Origin: a virus
Lineage: Duplodnaviria > Heunggongvirae > Uroviricota > Caudoviricetes
IMG/VR virus record: IMGVR_UViG_3300044296_000239
DNA: 11,662 bases
Reading direction: 5' to 3' (one strand)
The translations under genes were made by a program, and so were the position numbers. The notes below the pieces were generated by a model. That model searched no databases and had not been told where the DNA came from. It worked only from the letters and a program-made list of their open reading frames with translations. This document shows, one piece after another, positions 1 to 5,972 of the stretch (positions are counted from its first letter, which is position 1; every line of letters starts with the position of its first letter).

Positions 1-164
1 TCCATGATCCCAGCCTTGCTAAAATGCCCAAGGACTGTAGTGATCGATGGATACTTCTCTCCATCAGGAGTAACATATTTCCTACCTTGCTCGGTTGACT
101 CTGTTAGTAAATCTTTATAACCAAGATCGATTGGACTATGTTTAAATATCTTCCTCGACGTCAA
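1..164 (-). CDS. PD-(D/E)XK (RecB/Cas4-like) phage exonuclease, N-terminal part; continues off the left edge
   Basis: Manual translation from TTG at 164 gives (M)TSRKIFKHSPIDLGYKDLLTESTEQGRKYVTPDGEKYPSITTVLGHFSKAGIM. The YxTPDGxxYPSITTVL motif is typical of the N-terminus of the conserved T4-like phage exonuclease. It is absent from the ORF track because it is truncated, and the start codon is uncertain. Confidence 0.8.
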   Translation of the reverse strand, partial: MTSRKIFKHSPIDLGYKDLLTESTEQGRKYVTPDGEKYPSITTVLGHFSKAGIM

Positions 165-315
165 AGCGCTTATACTTATCATATTTATTCTTTTCAAACA
201 TTCTCTTCACCTTTTGTTCAAAGTGATGAGATGTTTCATAATCATTAACATTTCTATGTTGCTTCTTATTTTTACGGCTACGTTTTTCTTTGCCGTATTC
301 ACGGTTGCTACTCAT
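142..315 (-). CDS. Hypothetical small basic protein (57 aa)
   Basis: Manual translation: MSSNREYGKEKRSRKNKKQHRNVNDYETSHHFEQKVKRMFEKNKYDKYKRFDVEEDI*. The ATG is 1 nt after the stop of the upstream gene and the ORF fills the gap exactly. Confidence 0.7.
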   Translation of the reverse strand: MSSNREYGKEKRSRKNKKQHRNVNDYETSHHFEQKVKRMFEKNKYDKYKRFDVEEDI

Positions 316-316
316 G

Positions 317-577
317 TTAAATATGTTTGATCGTATTAGAACGACCTGATCCCTTCTTAATTTGCTTTAGCCTATCGTTAAATTCTCTACCAGCTCTGGT
401 ATGAATACCCTTACTATCACTCACCAATTTTGGTGGTTCTGTTAGTGTTTGTTCGACACAATTTATTTGATTGCAATTAGGACAAGCTTCTTGCTCTGGA
501 TTTTTTCGATTGCTTATTGACGAGAACTTTTCGAAAATGTTCTCGCAGTTGCTGCATCGATACGCGTACGTAGGCAT
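317..577 (-). CDS. FmdB-family zinc-ribbon protein
   Basis: MPTYxYxCxxC...CPxC pattern (MPTYAYRCSNC, CPNC); GGAG SD-like sequence upstream. Confidence 0.88.
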   Translation of the reverse strand: MPTYAYRCSNCENIFEKFSSISNRKNPEQEACPNCNQINCVEQTLTEPPKLVSDSKGIHTRAGREFNDRLKQIKKGSGRSNTIKHI

Positions 578-1139
578 CTTTCTCTTTTACTCCATTAATA
601 AACCATTCAGGTGGCTCGCGTTTAGTCCACATAGCCATATCTGCTTTTTTATCTATATAATATTTTCTATATGAACCTACTACATCACCAGCAATTTTAC
701 ATTCATCCGGCATTGCAGGTGTAGGATCAGTAAGAAGTCTAGTTTGATGATCATCTGGGAAATTTGGCGGTGTTGCCAAAATAGAACGCAATTTAGTATC
801 GGTTGCATGAACTTTACCATAACGATGTGTATATTCGTCACATGTTGCTACAAAGAGGGCATAAAGTCTTTTGTAATTGTGGTAGTTGTCCCTTGTCCAA
901 ACAGCGGAAGGATGATTGGTGTGAGTAGCAGAATACAACACACTATCGCGATGATCAGGAAGTTGCCATACTTTCTTTTTTCTACCAGACGCAGAAGTAA
1001 TGGAAAGCTGAGTCCCGTCAAGAATACGATGAGCAGTTGATAATAATTGAGCATATTCTAAAATCATTTTCACAACATGTTTGTCAAGGTGCATTTCTGC
1101 ATTCTTGACAGGATCTCTATCTAGCCAAAAAATATTCAT
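477..1139 (-). CDS. denV: Pyrimidine-dimer DNA glycosylase / endonuclease V-like (Pyr_excise family)
   Basis: MNIFxLDxDP..A..HxDKHVVKMILEYAQLLSTAH, HxNHPSAVW and TPAMPDECK...YRxYY...W.KREPPEWF are hallmarks of the phage family. The symbol is by family analogy. ATGA overlap with the upstream gene. Confidence 0.85.
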   Translation of the reverse strand: MNIFWLDRDPVKNAEMHLDKHVVKMILEYAQLLSTAHRILDGTQLSITSASGRKKKVWQLPDHRDSVLYSATHTNHPSAVWTRDNYHNYKRLYALFVATCDEYTHRYGKVHATDTKLRSILATPPNFPDDHQTRLLTDPTPAMPDECKIAGDVVGSYRKYYIDKKADMAMWTKREPPEWFINGVKEKDAYVRVSMQQLREHFRKVLVNKQSKKSRARSLS

Positions 1140-1651
1140 ACAAACTCTTTTGTTAGTTCATCTAAACACCAATCTAACCTATCGATGGTTGCGCGATAGT
1201 CAGAATCTTTGTGAATAAATGCGATTCCACCTTTTTCAATGAAAGGCTCTGTACAACCTGCCATATCATCAATCAAGATTTTATACGATCCAGCGTACTG
1301 AGATTTTTCTGGCTTTGCACACACAAAGTTTGCTTTCCAGTGAATATCATGATCCATCAACCATTGTGTCTTCTGTGTCATTGCAGCAAGTTTCATATCA
1401 GTTCTATGAGAACCAGTTGATGTTAGCATTTCAACAGTTAAATTGCTATATGCTTTTTCTATACGACGAATTTCATCAATGAAAATTTCGGCATTAGGCA
1501 TCCATTCAAGAGTTTCAAAAATCCCTCGACTTAGCACTGCTTCACGAAAGCGTTCACGATCATATTCATATTCATTCCACATTGCGCGGTATGCTTTTTC
1601 GAAGTTTGTTAAAACTCCGTCCATATCAAGGTACAACGTGATCTGTTCCAT
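1136..1651 (-). CDS. HAD-superfamily 5'(3')-deoxyribonucleotidase-like protein
   Basis: HAD motif I LYLDMDGVL, motif II LTST, motif III K (KPEK), motif IV ILIDD. Confidence 0.88.
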   Translation of the reverse strand: MEQITLYLDMDGVLTNFEKAYRAMWNEYEYDRERFREAVLSRGIFETLEWMPNAEIFIDEIRRIEKAYSNLTVEMLTSTGSHRTDMKLAAMTQKTQWLMDHDIHWKANFVCAKPEKSQYAGSYKILIDDMAGCTEPFIEKGGIAFIHKDSDYRATIDRLDWCLDELTKEFV

Positions 1652-1967
1652 ACAATTTCCTATGTAAATCCATTATATAAGTGGCTTTCCCAAGAACCCA
1701 CGGATGTCTATGGGGTAAGTGATTACCTGTTGCTCCAGTCCAATTAGAAAACACATCATCAAAAAAATTAATAGCGCAACAATCAGGATGATTTTGCTGT
1801 AGTACTTCAAGCTCATCTGCCCAAACTTGCCAACGATGATCACTAATGATGTTATCATTAAGCTCGTAATATATGCAAGAATGTACAAGCATTTGTGCCC
1901 TACGTTGCCGAATTTTACTTTTGATCTCATCATTATTATTTGTTGCAAAAAATCCTTCTAAGCTCAT
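1626..1967 (-). CDS. Stand-alone protein resembling domain Ia (NAD+-binding) of NAD-dependent DNA ligase
   Basis: IRQRRAQMLVHSCIYYELNDNIISDHRWQVWADELEVLQQNHP parallels LigA Ia (LxxHxxxYYxxDxPxIxDxEYDxLxxELxxLExxHP). No adenylation motif (KxDG) follows. Confidence 0.72.
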   Translation of the reverse strand: MSLEGFFATNNNDEIKSKIRQRRAQMLVHSCIYYELNDNIISDHRWQVWADELEVLQQNHPDCCAINFFDDVFSNWTGATGNHLPHRHPWVLGKATYIMDLHRKLYGTDHVVP

Positions 1968-1972
1968 GATAT

Positions 1973-2001
1973 ATTATACCATGATAATACACTGTTGTAC
2001 A
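1973..2001 (-). promoter_or_regulatory. sigma70/T4-early-type promoter P1
   Basis: Minus strand TGTACA-N17-TATAAT with a TGG extended -10; ATG at 1967 lies 5 nt downstream of the -10 box. Confidence 0.8.
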
Positions 2002-2178
2002 CTAGCCTGTTCTACCACCATAAACTAATCGTTCTAGCTCAGAAACCTGTGATCGCAATGCATTGCATTCACCAGTTAACATTGTATTTTCTTGTTGAAG
2101 GCGTGTGTTTTCATCAGTGATATGTTTAATCATCTCTGCAATATCACGCGCAAAATTATCTTTGTTTTCTGTATTCAC
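2002..2178 (-). CDS. Hypothetical coiled-coil protein (58 aa)
   Basis: Manual translation from GTG: MNTENKDNFARDIAEMIKHITDENTRLQQENTMLTGECNALRSQVSELERLVYGGRTG*. Heptad pattern; GGTGG SD-like sequence upstream. Confidence 0.7.
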   Translation of the reverse strand: MNTENKDNFARDIAEMIKHITDENTRLQQENTMLTGECNALRSQVSELERLVYGGRTG

Positions 2179-2311
2179 GTTTTAACCACCATTTGTGTTT
2201 ATTAAAATATACTTGTACATCATCTTTTGGGATGTTAAACATACTATGTTCTTCACAATTAAGAATCCACAATTGATGAACCCAACTTCTGAAGCCATCC
2301 CACTTTTTCAT
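2156..2311 (-). CDS. Hypothetical Trp-rich phage protein (51 aa)
   Basis: Manual translation: MKKWDGFRSWVHQLWILNCEEHSMFNIPKDDVQVYFNKHKWWLKREYRKQR*. ATGA overlap with the upstream stop; GGAG SD. Confidence 0.75.
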   Translation of the reverse strand: MKKWDGFRSWVHQLWILNCEEHSMFNIPKDDVQVYFNKHKWWLKREYRKQR

Positions 2312-2466
2312 TGCATCACTCCATATGTTTCGAATGGTGTATGTTTTGATGCAATTAATTCAAAGAGAACCTCTTCTACCTCATGAAGTTCTTCCATTGT
2401 AACTGAATCAGCTGGTAACTTGCCTTCTAATACAGCTTGCATAATCATTTTACGATCTTCAGTCAT
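2308..2466 (-). CDS. Hypothetical acidic protein (52 aa)
   Basis: Manual translation: MTEDRKMIMQAVLEGKLPADSVTMEELHEVEEVLFELIASKHTPFETYGVMQ*. It overlaps both neighbours by a few nt. Confidence 0.7.
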   Translation of the reverse strand: MTEDRKMIMQAVLEGKLPADSVTMEELHEVEEVLFELIASKHTPFETYGVMQ

Positions 2467-2716
2467 CTTTTAGTTTCTCAGTTTGTTCAAATTTCCTCTC
2501 TTGCATTGTCTTTTCTTTAAATGCTTTACGAGGGTTCATGCACATAACACAATCTGGATTTCCACAGTTAAAGGGTGATTGTTTGTGATATTTGTGTGGA
2601 TTTTTTAGAACATGATCATATCCATATTCTTTAGCTAGTTTAAGTTTACGAGCAAGTTTCTTTACTTTTTGAAAAAAACGCTCTCCATGTTTTTCACGTT
2701 GAGATGGGTCTGACAC
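2459..2716 (-). CDS. Hypothetical basic protein with CGxPxCxxCxNPRK motif (possible Zn binding)
   Basis: HKYHKQSPFNCGNPDCVMCMNPRK; GTG start with AGGAG SD. Confidence 0.75.
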   Translation of the reverse strand: MSDPSQREKHGERFFQKVKKLARKLKLAKEYGYDHVLKNPHKYHKQSPFNCGNPDCVMCMNPRKAFKEKTMQERKFEQTEKLKDD

Positions 2717-2888
2717 TTCTTATTCTCCTACATTCATTTACTACTTCTGCTGGATAATCAGGTGATATCTCTGCAATACTACAGTCATATCTAATAACTT
2801 TCTCTCCTGAAGCAAAATGTACGGCTACAAAAAACCAGAATAACGCTCCACCAAATATCAATAAAGCATGAAGAAATGCCTTTATCAT
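2694..2888 (-). CDS. Small single-TM membrane protein
   Basis: Hydrophobic N-terminal segment, then YDCSIAEISPDYP...ECRR with two Cys; ATGA overlap. Confidence 0.75.
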   Translation of the reverse strand: MIKAFLHALLIFGGALFWFFVAVHFASGEKVIRYDCSIAEISPDYPAEVVNECRRIRSVRPIST

Positions 2889-3169
2889 AGCATACGAATC
2901 AATCCGACGGTGTCAATAGAAGTTAATAGGATGTAGTTAGCCAACATGCCAAATGATTTCCTAGTATAAGCAGCCCAAGCATACATAGCGCAACCGCTAA
3001 TCCAAACAGGATAAAGAGCCAAAAGTGGAGGGTTGGGTACTGTAGTAGCCATCGTGATGGAGCAACCAATAGATACCGCCCAAGCAAGCAACTCGACAAA
3101 AAAGCGGAGAGGATGAGTGCGATAGTCATCTTTAATCCATTCTATAGTTGTGTTAAAATATTCAATCAT
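2885..3169 (-). CDS. Hypothetical 3-TM membrane protein
   Basis: Three hydrophobic helices, PNPP loop; ATGA overlaps at both ends. Confidence 0.8.
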   Translation of the reverse strand: MIEYFNTTIEWIKDDYRTHPLRFFVELLAWAVSIGCSITMATTVPNPPLLALYPVWISGCAMYAWAAYTRKSFGMLANYILLTSIDTVGLIRML

Positions 3170-3672
3170 TCGTAATCCTTATAAGGAACGAGAATTCCAC
3201 CAGCGCTAAGCATTCCGCCTTTGCCTTCAGACTTCTCGTCCTCGTCATAGTACATTCCCAATTCGCGCATCATCATGTGCTTTACACGAAGGTTTGGTTG
3301 GCGATAGCGATCAGTTGAAGTGAAACCCAATAGAGTACCAACTTCTACGACTGCACCACTACGACAAACACCAGCAAAGCAATGAACTAACACGTTCATG
3401 CTATTATCTAGTGCATGCTGCAGAAGACGAACGAGTTCTTTTGCTTGATCTTTCTGAATAGCAAACTCACCCATATTTGGATCCATCTTCACATCAGTGT
3501 CTTCAATGTCAAGGAAGTCAAATTGATGAACTTCTTTGAATTGATGCTTTGGTGTCGGAAAATTACCTGGTGGATCCATGATCTGGATGAGCATAGCATT
3601 TGGACCCATGTCAGAATGCCAACCATTCTTAACATCATCCCATGCTACGTTTTCAATCCAACGAATTCCCAT
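3166..3672 (-). CDS. Protein-tyrosine/dual-specificity phosphatase-like (CX5R) protein
   Basis: Catalytic loop VLVHCFAGVCRSG (HCxxGxxRS); upstream FLDIED acid loop. Confidence 0.85.
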   Translation of the reverse strand: MGIRWIENVAWDDVKNGWHSDMGPNAMLIQIMDPPGNFPTPKHQFKEVHQFDFLDIEDTDVKMDPNMGEFAIQKDQAKELVRLLQHALDNSMNVLVHCFAGVCRSGAVVEVGTLLGFTSTDRYRQPNLRVKHMMMRELGMYYDEDEKSEGKGGMLSAGGILVPYKDYE

Positions 3673-3673
3673 T

Positions 3674-3889
3674 TTACCGCTCCAAAATTACATAATCACC
3701 AAAGTATTTATCGAATGTTGAGACTAAATGTTCATAGTCTCCTTGTTTCATTTCTTCAAGGATAGCATTACTATCTAAACCAAGATCATACGCAAGTTTA
3801 CGTGCATTACCAAGTAAACAGAACGCGTTGCCTTGTGGACCTGTGAGGTCAATCACAGGTGTACTATTTTGTTTTGCTCTAATCACCAT
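3674..3889 (-). CDS. Conserved T4-like phage hypothetical protein (71 aa)
   Basis: MVIRAK...IDLTGPQGNAFCLLG...EEMKQGDYEHLVSTFDKYFG. Start reassigned to ATG 3889, 1 nt after the upstream TGA. Confidence 0.8.
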   Translation of the reverse strand: MVIRAKQNSTPVIDLTGPQGNAFCLLGNARKLAYDLGLDSNAILEEMKQGDYEHLVSTFDKYFGDYVILER

Positions 3890-3890
3890 A

Positions 3891-4271
3891 TCACCACCAT
3901 GAATCGTAGTAGACAGCATCACCTTCTTTAATAGCTGCACGTGCTTCGAAAATAAACTTCATTGCTGAGGCAATATCTTCAGGATAAATTTCTTGTGATC
4001 CAAAAAAGAATCCTTGAGTGGGTTCTAATTTGTTTTCTCCAATAGCACGTTGCAGTTGGTCAAGGTCTGTCAATTCGAGACGCACTGGTACACAATTAAA
4101 GCTTTCTTTAGTACCACCCTTTGCACGATAGAGTCGTTCCATCCAACCATGTAGCGCATTAAACTTGCGCCAATAAGCTATATCATATGCAGGATCTTGG
4201 TCAGAATTGAACTCAAAATCGTTCACAACGTGTTCTTTCTTAACGCGATAAGCGTACATATCCAAACCCAT
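3891..4271 (-). CDS. Widespread phage hypothetical protein (MGLD...YWRK.N..H.W...YYDSWW family)
   Basis: Characteristic MGLDMY, YWRKFNALHGW, GFFFG and YYDSWW motifs; GGAG SD. Confidence 0.85.
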   Translation of the reverse strand: MGLDMYAYRVKKEHVVNDFEFNSDQDPAYDIAYWRKFNALHGWMERLYRAKGGTKESFNCVPVRLELTDLDQLQRAIGENKLEPTQGFFFGSQEIYPEDIASAMKFIFEARAAIKEGDAVYYDSWW

Positions 4272-4274
4272 GAT

Positions 4275-4487
4275 TTACTCCTTCACTTCTTCAACAGTTA
4301 CAAGATACTCTTTTCCTTCAACAATTACACGTAAACGCTTAGTGGTTGACATAAAACTACCAGCTTCATTAAGATCAAATTCAACTCTTCCAACTCGCTG
4401 AACTGCAACAGGTGCTGCCGTCTCTGAAGCTGCAACGATCAATTCATTGCGAATTCTAGACATAATATAATCACAATATGCTAACAT
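4275..4487 (-). CDS. Hypothetical protein (70 aa)
   Basis: TAATG stop/start overlap with the upstream gene; fills the gap; GGAG SD-like sequence upstream. Confidence 0.7.
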   Translation of the reverse strand: MLAYCDYIMSRIRNELIVAASETAAPVAVQRVGRVEFDLNEAGSFMSTTKRLRVIVEGKEYLVTVEEVKE

Positions 4488-4699
4488 TATTTCTCCATTT
4501 CTTTCATCATATTTTTCATCATTACAGACATTTTTGCAAATGCTTGTTCAGGTGTAACATTTTCCTTTGCAACACAATATGATTGTGTGTTTACAAGTTG
4601 TTTTTGAACTGCTAAACAAGCTTGTTCAGTCTTAAACGCATTAGGCGCTTCCATAACACCTGTGCTAGTGATAATCATCAATGCAAATACTGTATTCAT
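4487..4699 (-). CDS. Hypothetical exported/membrane-anchored small protein (70 aa)
   Basis: Start reassigned to ATG 4699 (MNTVFALMIITSTG...), 1 nt after the upstream TGA; F.TEQAC...YC two-Cys motif. Confidence 0.7.
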   Translation of the reverse strand: MNTVFALMIITSTGVMEAPNAFKTEQACLAVQKQLVNTQSYCVAKENVTPEQAFAKMSVMMKNMMKEMEK

Positions 4700-4700
4700 A

Positions 4701-4937
4701 TCAATCCCATATTTTCTTATCACCGAAGCGTTCATTCCAATCGTAACCTGCGTGATACGCTTCAATCTCATCTGCAGTCAATTCAACAACTTCATCACTA
4801 GTGCCAGTACCACCTACATAATAGTGTGGTTTACGTGGTCGACCATAGTAAGAGTCTGCACTTCCACGATCGAATGGACCACCATGTCGATCTCCATAAT
4901 TTTTACCATTAAAAGTGCCATAATTTTCATAACTCAT
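4701..4937 (-). CDS. Conserved phage hypothetical protein (78 aa, RHGGPFDRGSADSYY motif)
   Basis: Start reassigned to ATG 4937 with GGAG SD; motif RHGGPFDRGSADSYYGRP..PHYY and AYHAGY. Confidence 0.82.
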   Translation of the reverse strand: MSYENYGTFNGKNYGDRHGGPFDRGSADSYYGRPRKPHYYVGGTGTSDEVVELTADEIEAYHAGYDWNERFGDKKIWD

Positions 4938-4938
4938 A

Positions 4939-5322
4939 TTATTCTCCATAAGCAATAGCATCATTATCTGCACACATCTCAGCATATTCCATTGGATCTG
5001 TAAAACGATCAAATATGTCTGAGTACTCAATCACTGGTTCTGCATAAACTATGCGACCTTCATATTCCATTTGACTACGCTCAAAATCGCTTAAATAGTC
5101 ATCTGATTCTTCAGTATAACCAAGGATGAAAGTTTGAAAATAATCATCAAAACGTTCAATATCATTGCGAACAATTTCTACGATTTCATCGATGTCACAA
5201 TTAGCAGGAATTCCTGTAATTTTATACTGACTACCACCTTTTGCTTTCCAATGATAGCTGCCATCAAAGCCTTGATGTGCTGCGTAATTTTCATAGTCTT
5301 GTGTAGTGATAACGATCATCAT
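4939..5322 (-). CDS. Conserved phage hypothetical acidic protein (TQ.ENY...WK.KGG motif)
   Basis: First gene after promoter P2; AAGGA SD; motif ITTQDYENYAAH...WKAKGGSQY. Confidence 0.8.
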   Translation of the reverse strand: MMIVITTQDYENYAAHQGFDGSYHWKAKGGSQYKITGIPANCDIDEIVEIVRNDIERFDDYFQTFILGYTEESDDYLSDFERSQMEYEGRIVYAEPVIEYSDIFDRFTDPMEYAEMCADNDAIAYGE

Positions 5323-5352
5323 ATAATTCGTCCTTTTTCAATTTATGGATCT

Positions 5353-5381
5353 ATTATACCCTAAAACTTGCTGTTTGTACA
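5353..5381 (-). promoter_or_regulatory. sigma70/T4-early-type promoter P2
   Basis: TGTACA-N17-TATAAT; leader of about 24 nt containing an SD before ATG 5322. Confidence 0.82.
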
Positions 5382-5390
5382 TAGCCTTTA

Positions 5391-5403
5391 CAAGTTATTG
5401 ATT
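5391..5403 (-). promoter_or_regulatory. Putative IHF binding site
   Basis: AATCAATAACTTG matches WATCAANNNNTTR exactly, has an A-tract 5' of it, and ends 9 bp upstream of the P2 -35 box. Chance matches are expected in AT-rich DNA; the intergenic position is the supporting evidence. Confidence 0.5.
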
Positions 5404-5465
5404 TCATTGGACTTTTTACTTGACTAAAACGGTAGACTATTGCATGAAATTAGTACTTTTAGCTA

Positions 5466-5520
5466 CCCCTAGGGGCCCGTGATCCTGGGTGCGCAAGGGG
5501 GCCCGGGGTCACCCCCACGC
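5466..5520. repeat. GC-rich palindromic island (43/55 GC)
   Basis: CCCCTAGGGG palindrome, two GGGGCCCG copies, TGCGCA, CCCGGG and GGGGT-C-ACCCC; four G-tracts on the plus strand. Confidence 0.85.
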
Positions 5521-5548
5521 TATTTCGACTTGGAAAAAAACTGGACAT

Positions 5549-5878
5549 TTAGCCTCTTCGCATACGTGCCTGATCTTTTGCATCCTCGCTGCTGAAGATA
5601 GGAACTGCGTTCGACTTGTGAAGTGTACCGATACCTAACATTGCTGAACCAGTGTATCGTTTGCCTTCGATTGGCTTGGTGCATGGTGCACCGGTGAATG
5701 GTAAACTGTTGATCTTTGGACCAGTATCACGCGTGAACGTAGTCTTACTAGTCAAAGGTGTAAATGTGTTAAGCTTTAACTCGCGCTTGATAGCGCGTTG
5801 CTCTTTAAGCAATGCTTCTCGCTTAGCGCGTTGTTTTTTAGATAGCTTAGACTTTTGGTTTGTATAGATCATGCTCAT
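5549..5878 (-). CDS. Conserved T4-like phage basic hypothetical protein
   Basis: C-terminal YTGxxxLGIxTLHKSNAVP...A.MRR motif; Lys/Arg-rich N-terminus; immediately downstream of P3. Confidence 0.85.
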   Translation of the reverse strand: MSMIYTNQKSKLSKKQRAKREALLKEQRAIKRELKLNTFTPLTSKTTFTRDTGPKINSLPFTGAPCTKPIEGKRYTGSAMLGIGTLHKSNAVPIFSSEDAKDQARMRRG

Positions 5879-5886
5879 ATGGTATT

Positions 5887-5915
5887 ATTATACCATAAAA
5901 ATAACATGTTGTACA
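5887..5915 (-). promoter_or_regulatory. sigma70/T4-early-type promoter P3
   Basis: TGTACA-N17-TATAAT with a TGG extended -10; ATG 5878 lies 8 nt downstream. Confidence 0.82.
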
Positions 5916-5934
5916 TAGGCCCTGGAAACCATAA

Positions 5935-5954
5935 CGGGCAGCGTTTGCTGCCCG
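5935..5954 (-). terminator. GC-rich hairpin, probable terminator or processing stem
   Basis: Perfect 8-bp stem CGGGCAGC-AAAC-GCTGCCCG followed by an imperfect U-tract (TTATGGTTT), located between a stop codon and P3. Confidence 0.55.
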
Positions 5955-5972
5955 AGATAGGATCACCTACTT

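Noticed and set aside
1-164. Cas4-like nuclease as evidence of a CRISPR system
   Set aside because: No repeat-spacer array or other cas genes were seen; the motif fits the common T4-like exonuclease.
1626-1967. Functional DNA ligase or ligase pseudogene
   Set aside because: There is no KxDG adenylation motif and no adjacent ligase remnants; it has a clean start and stop and its own promoter.
3891-4271. Phosphoglycerate kinase label sometimes attached to this family
   Set aside because: It is 126 aa with no PGK motifs.
5415-5448. Plus-strand promoter from TTGACT/TTTACT
   Set aside because: There is no acceptable -10 box at 16-18 bp spacing.
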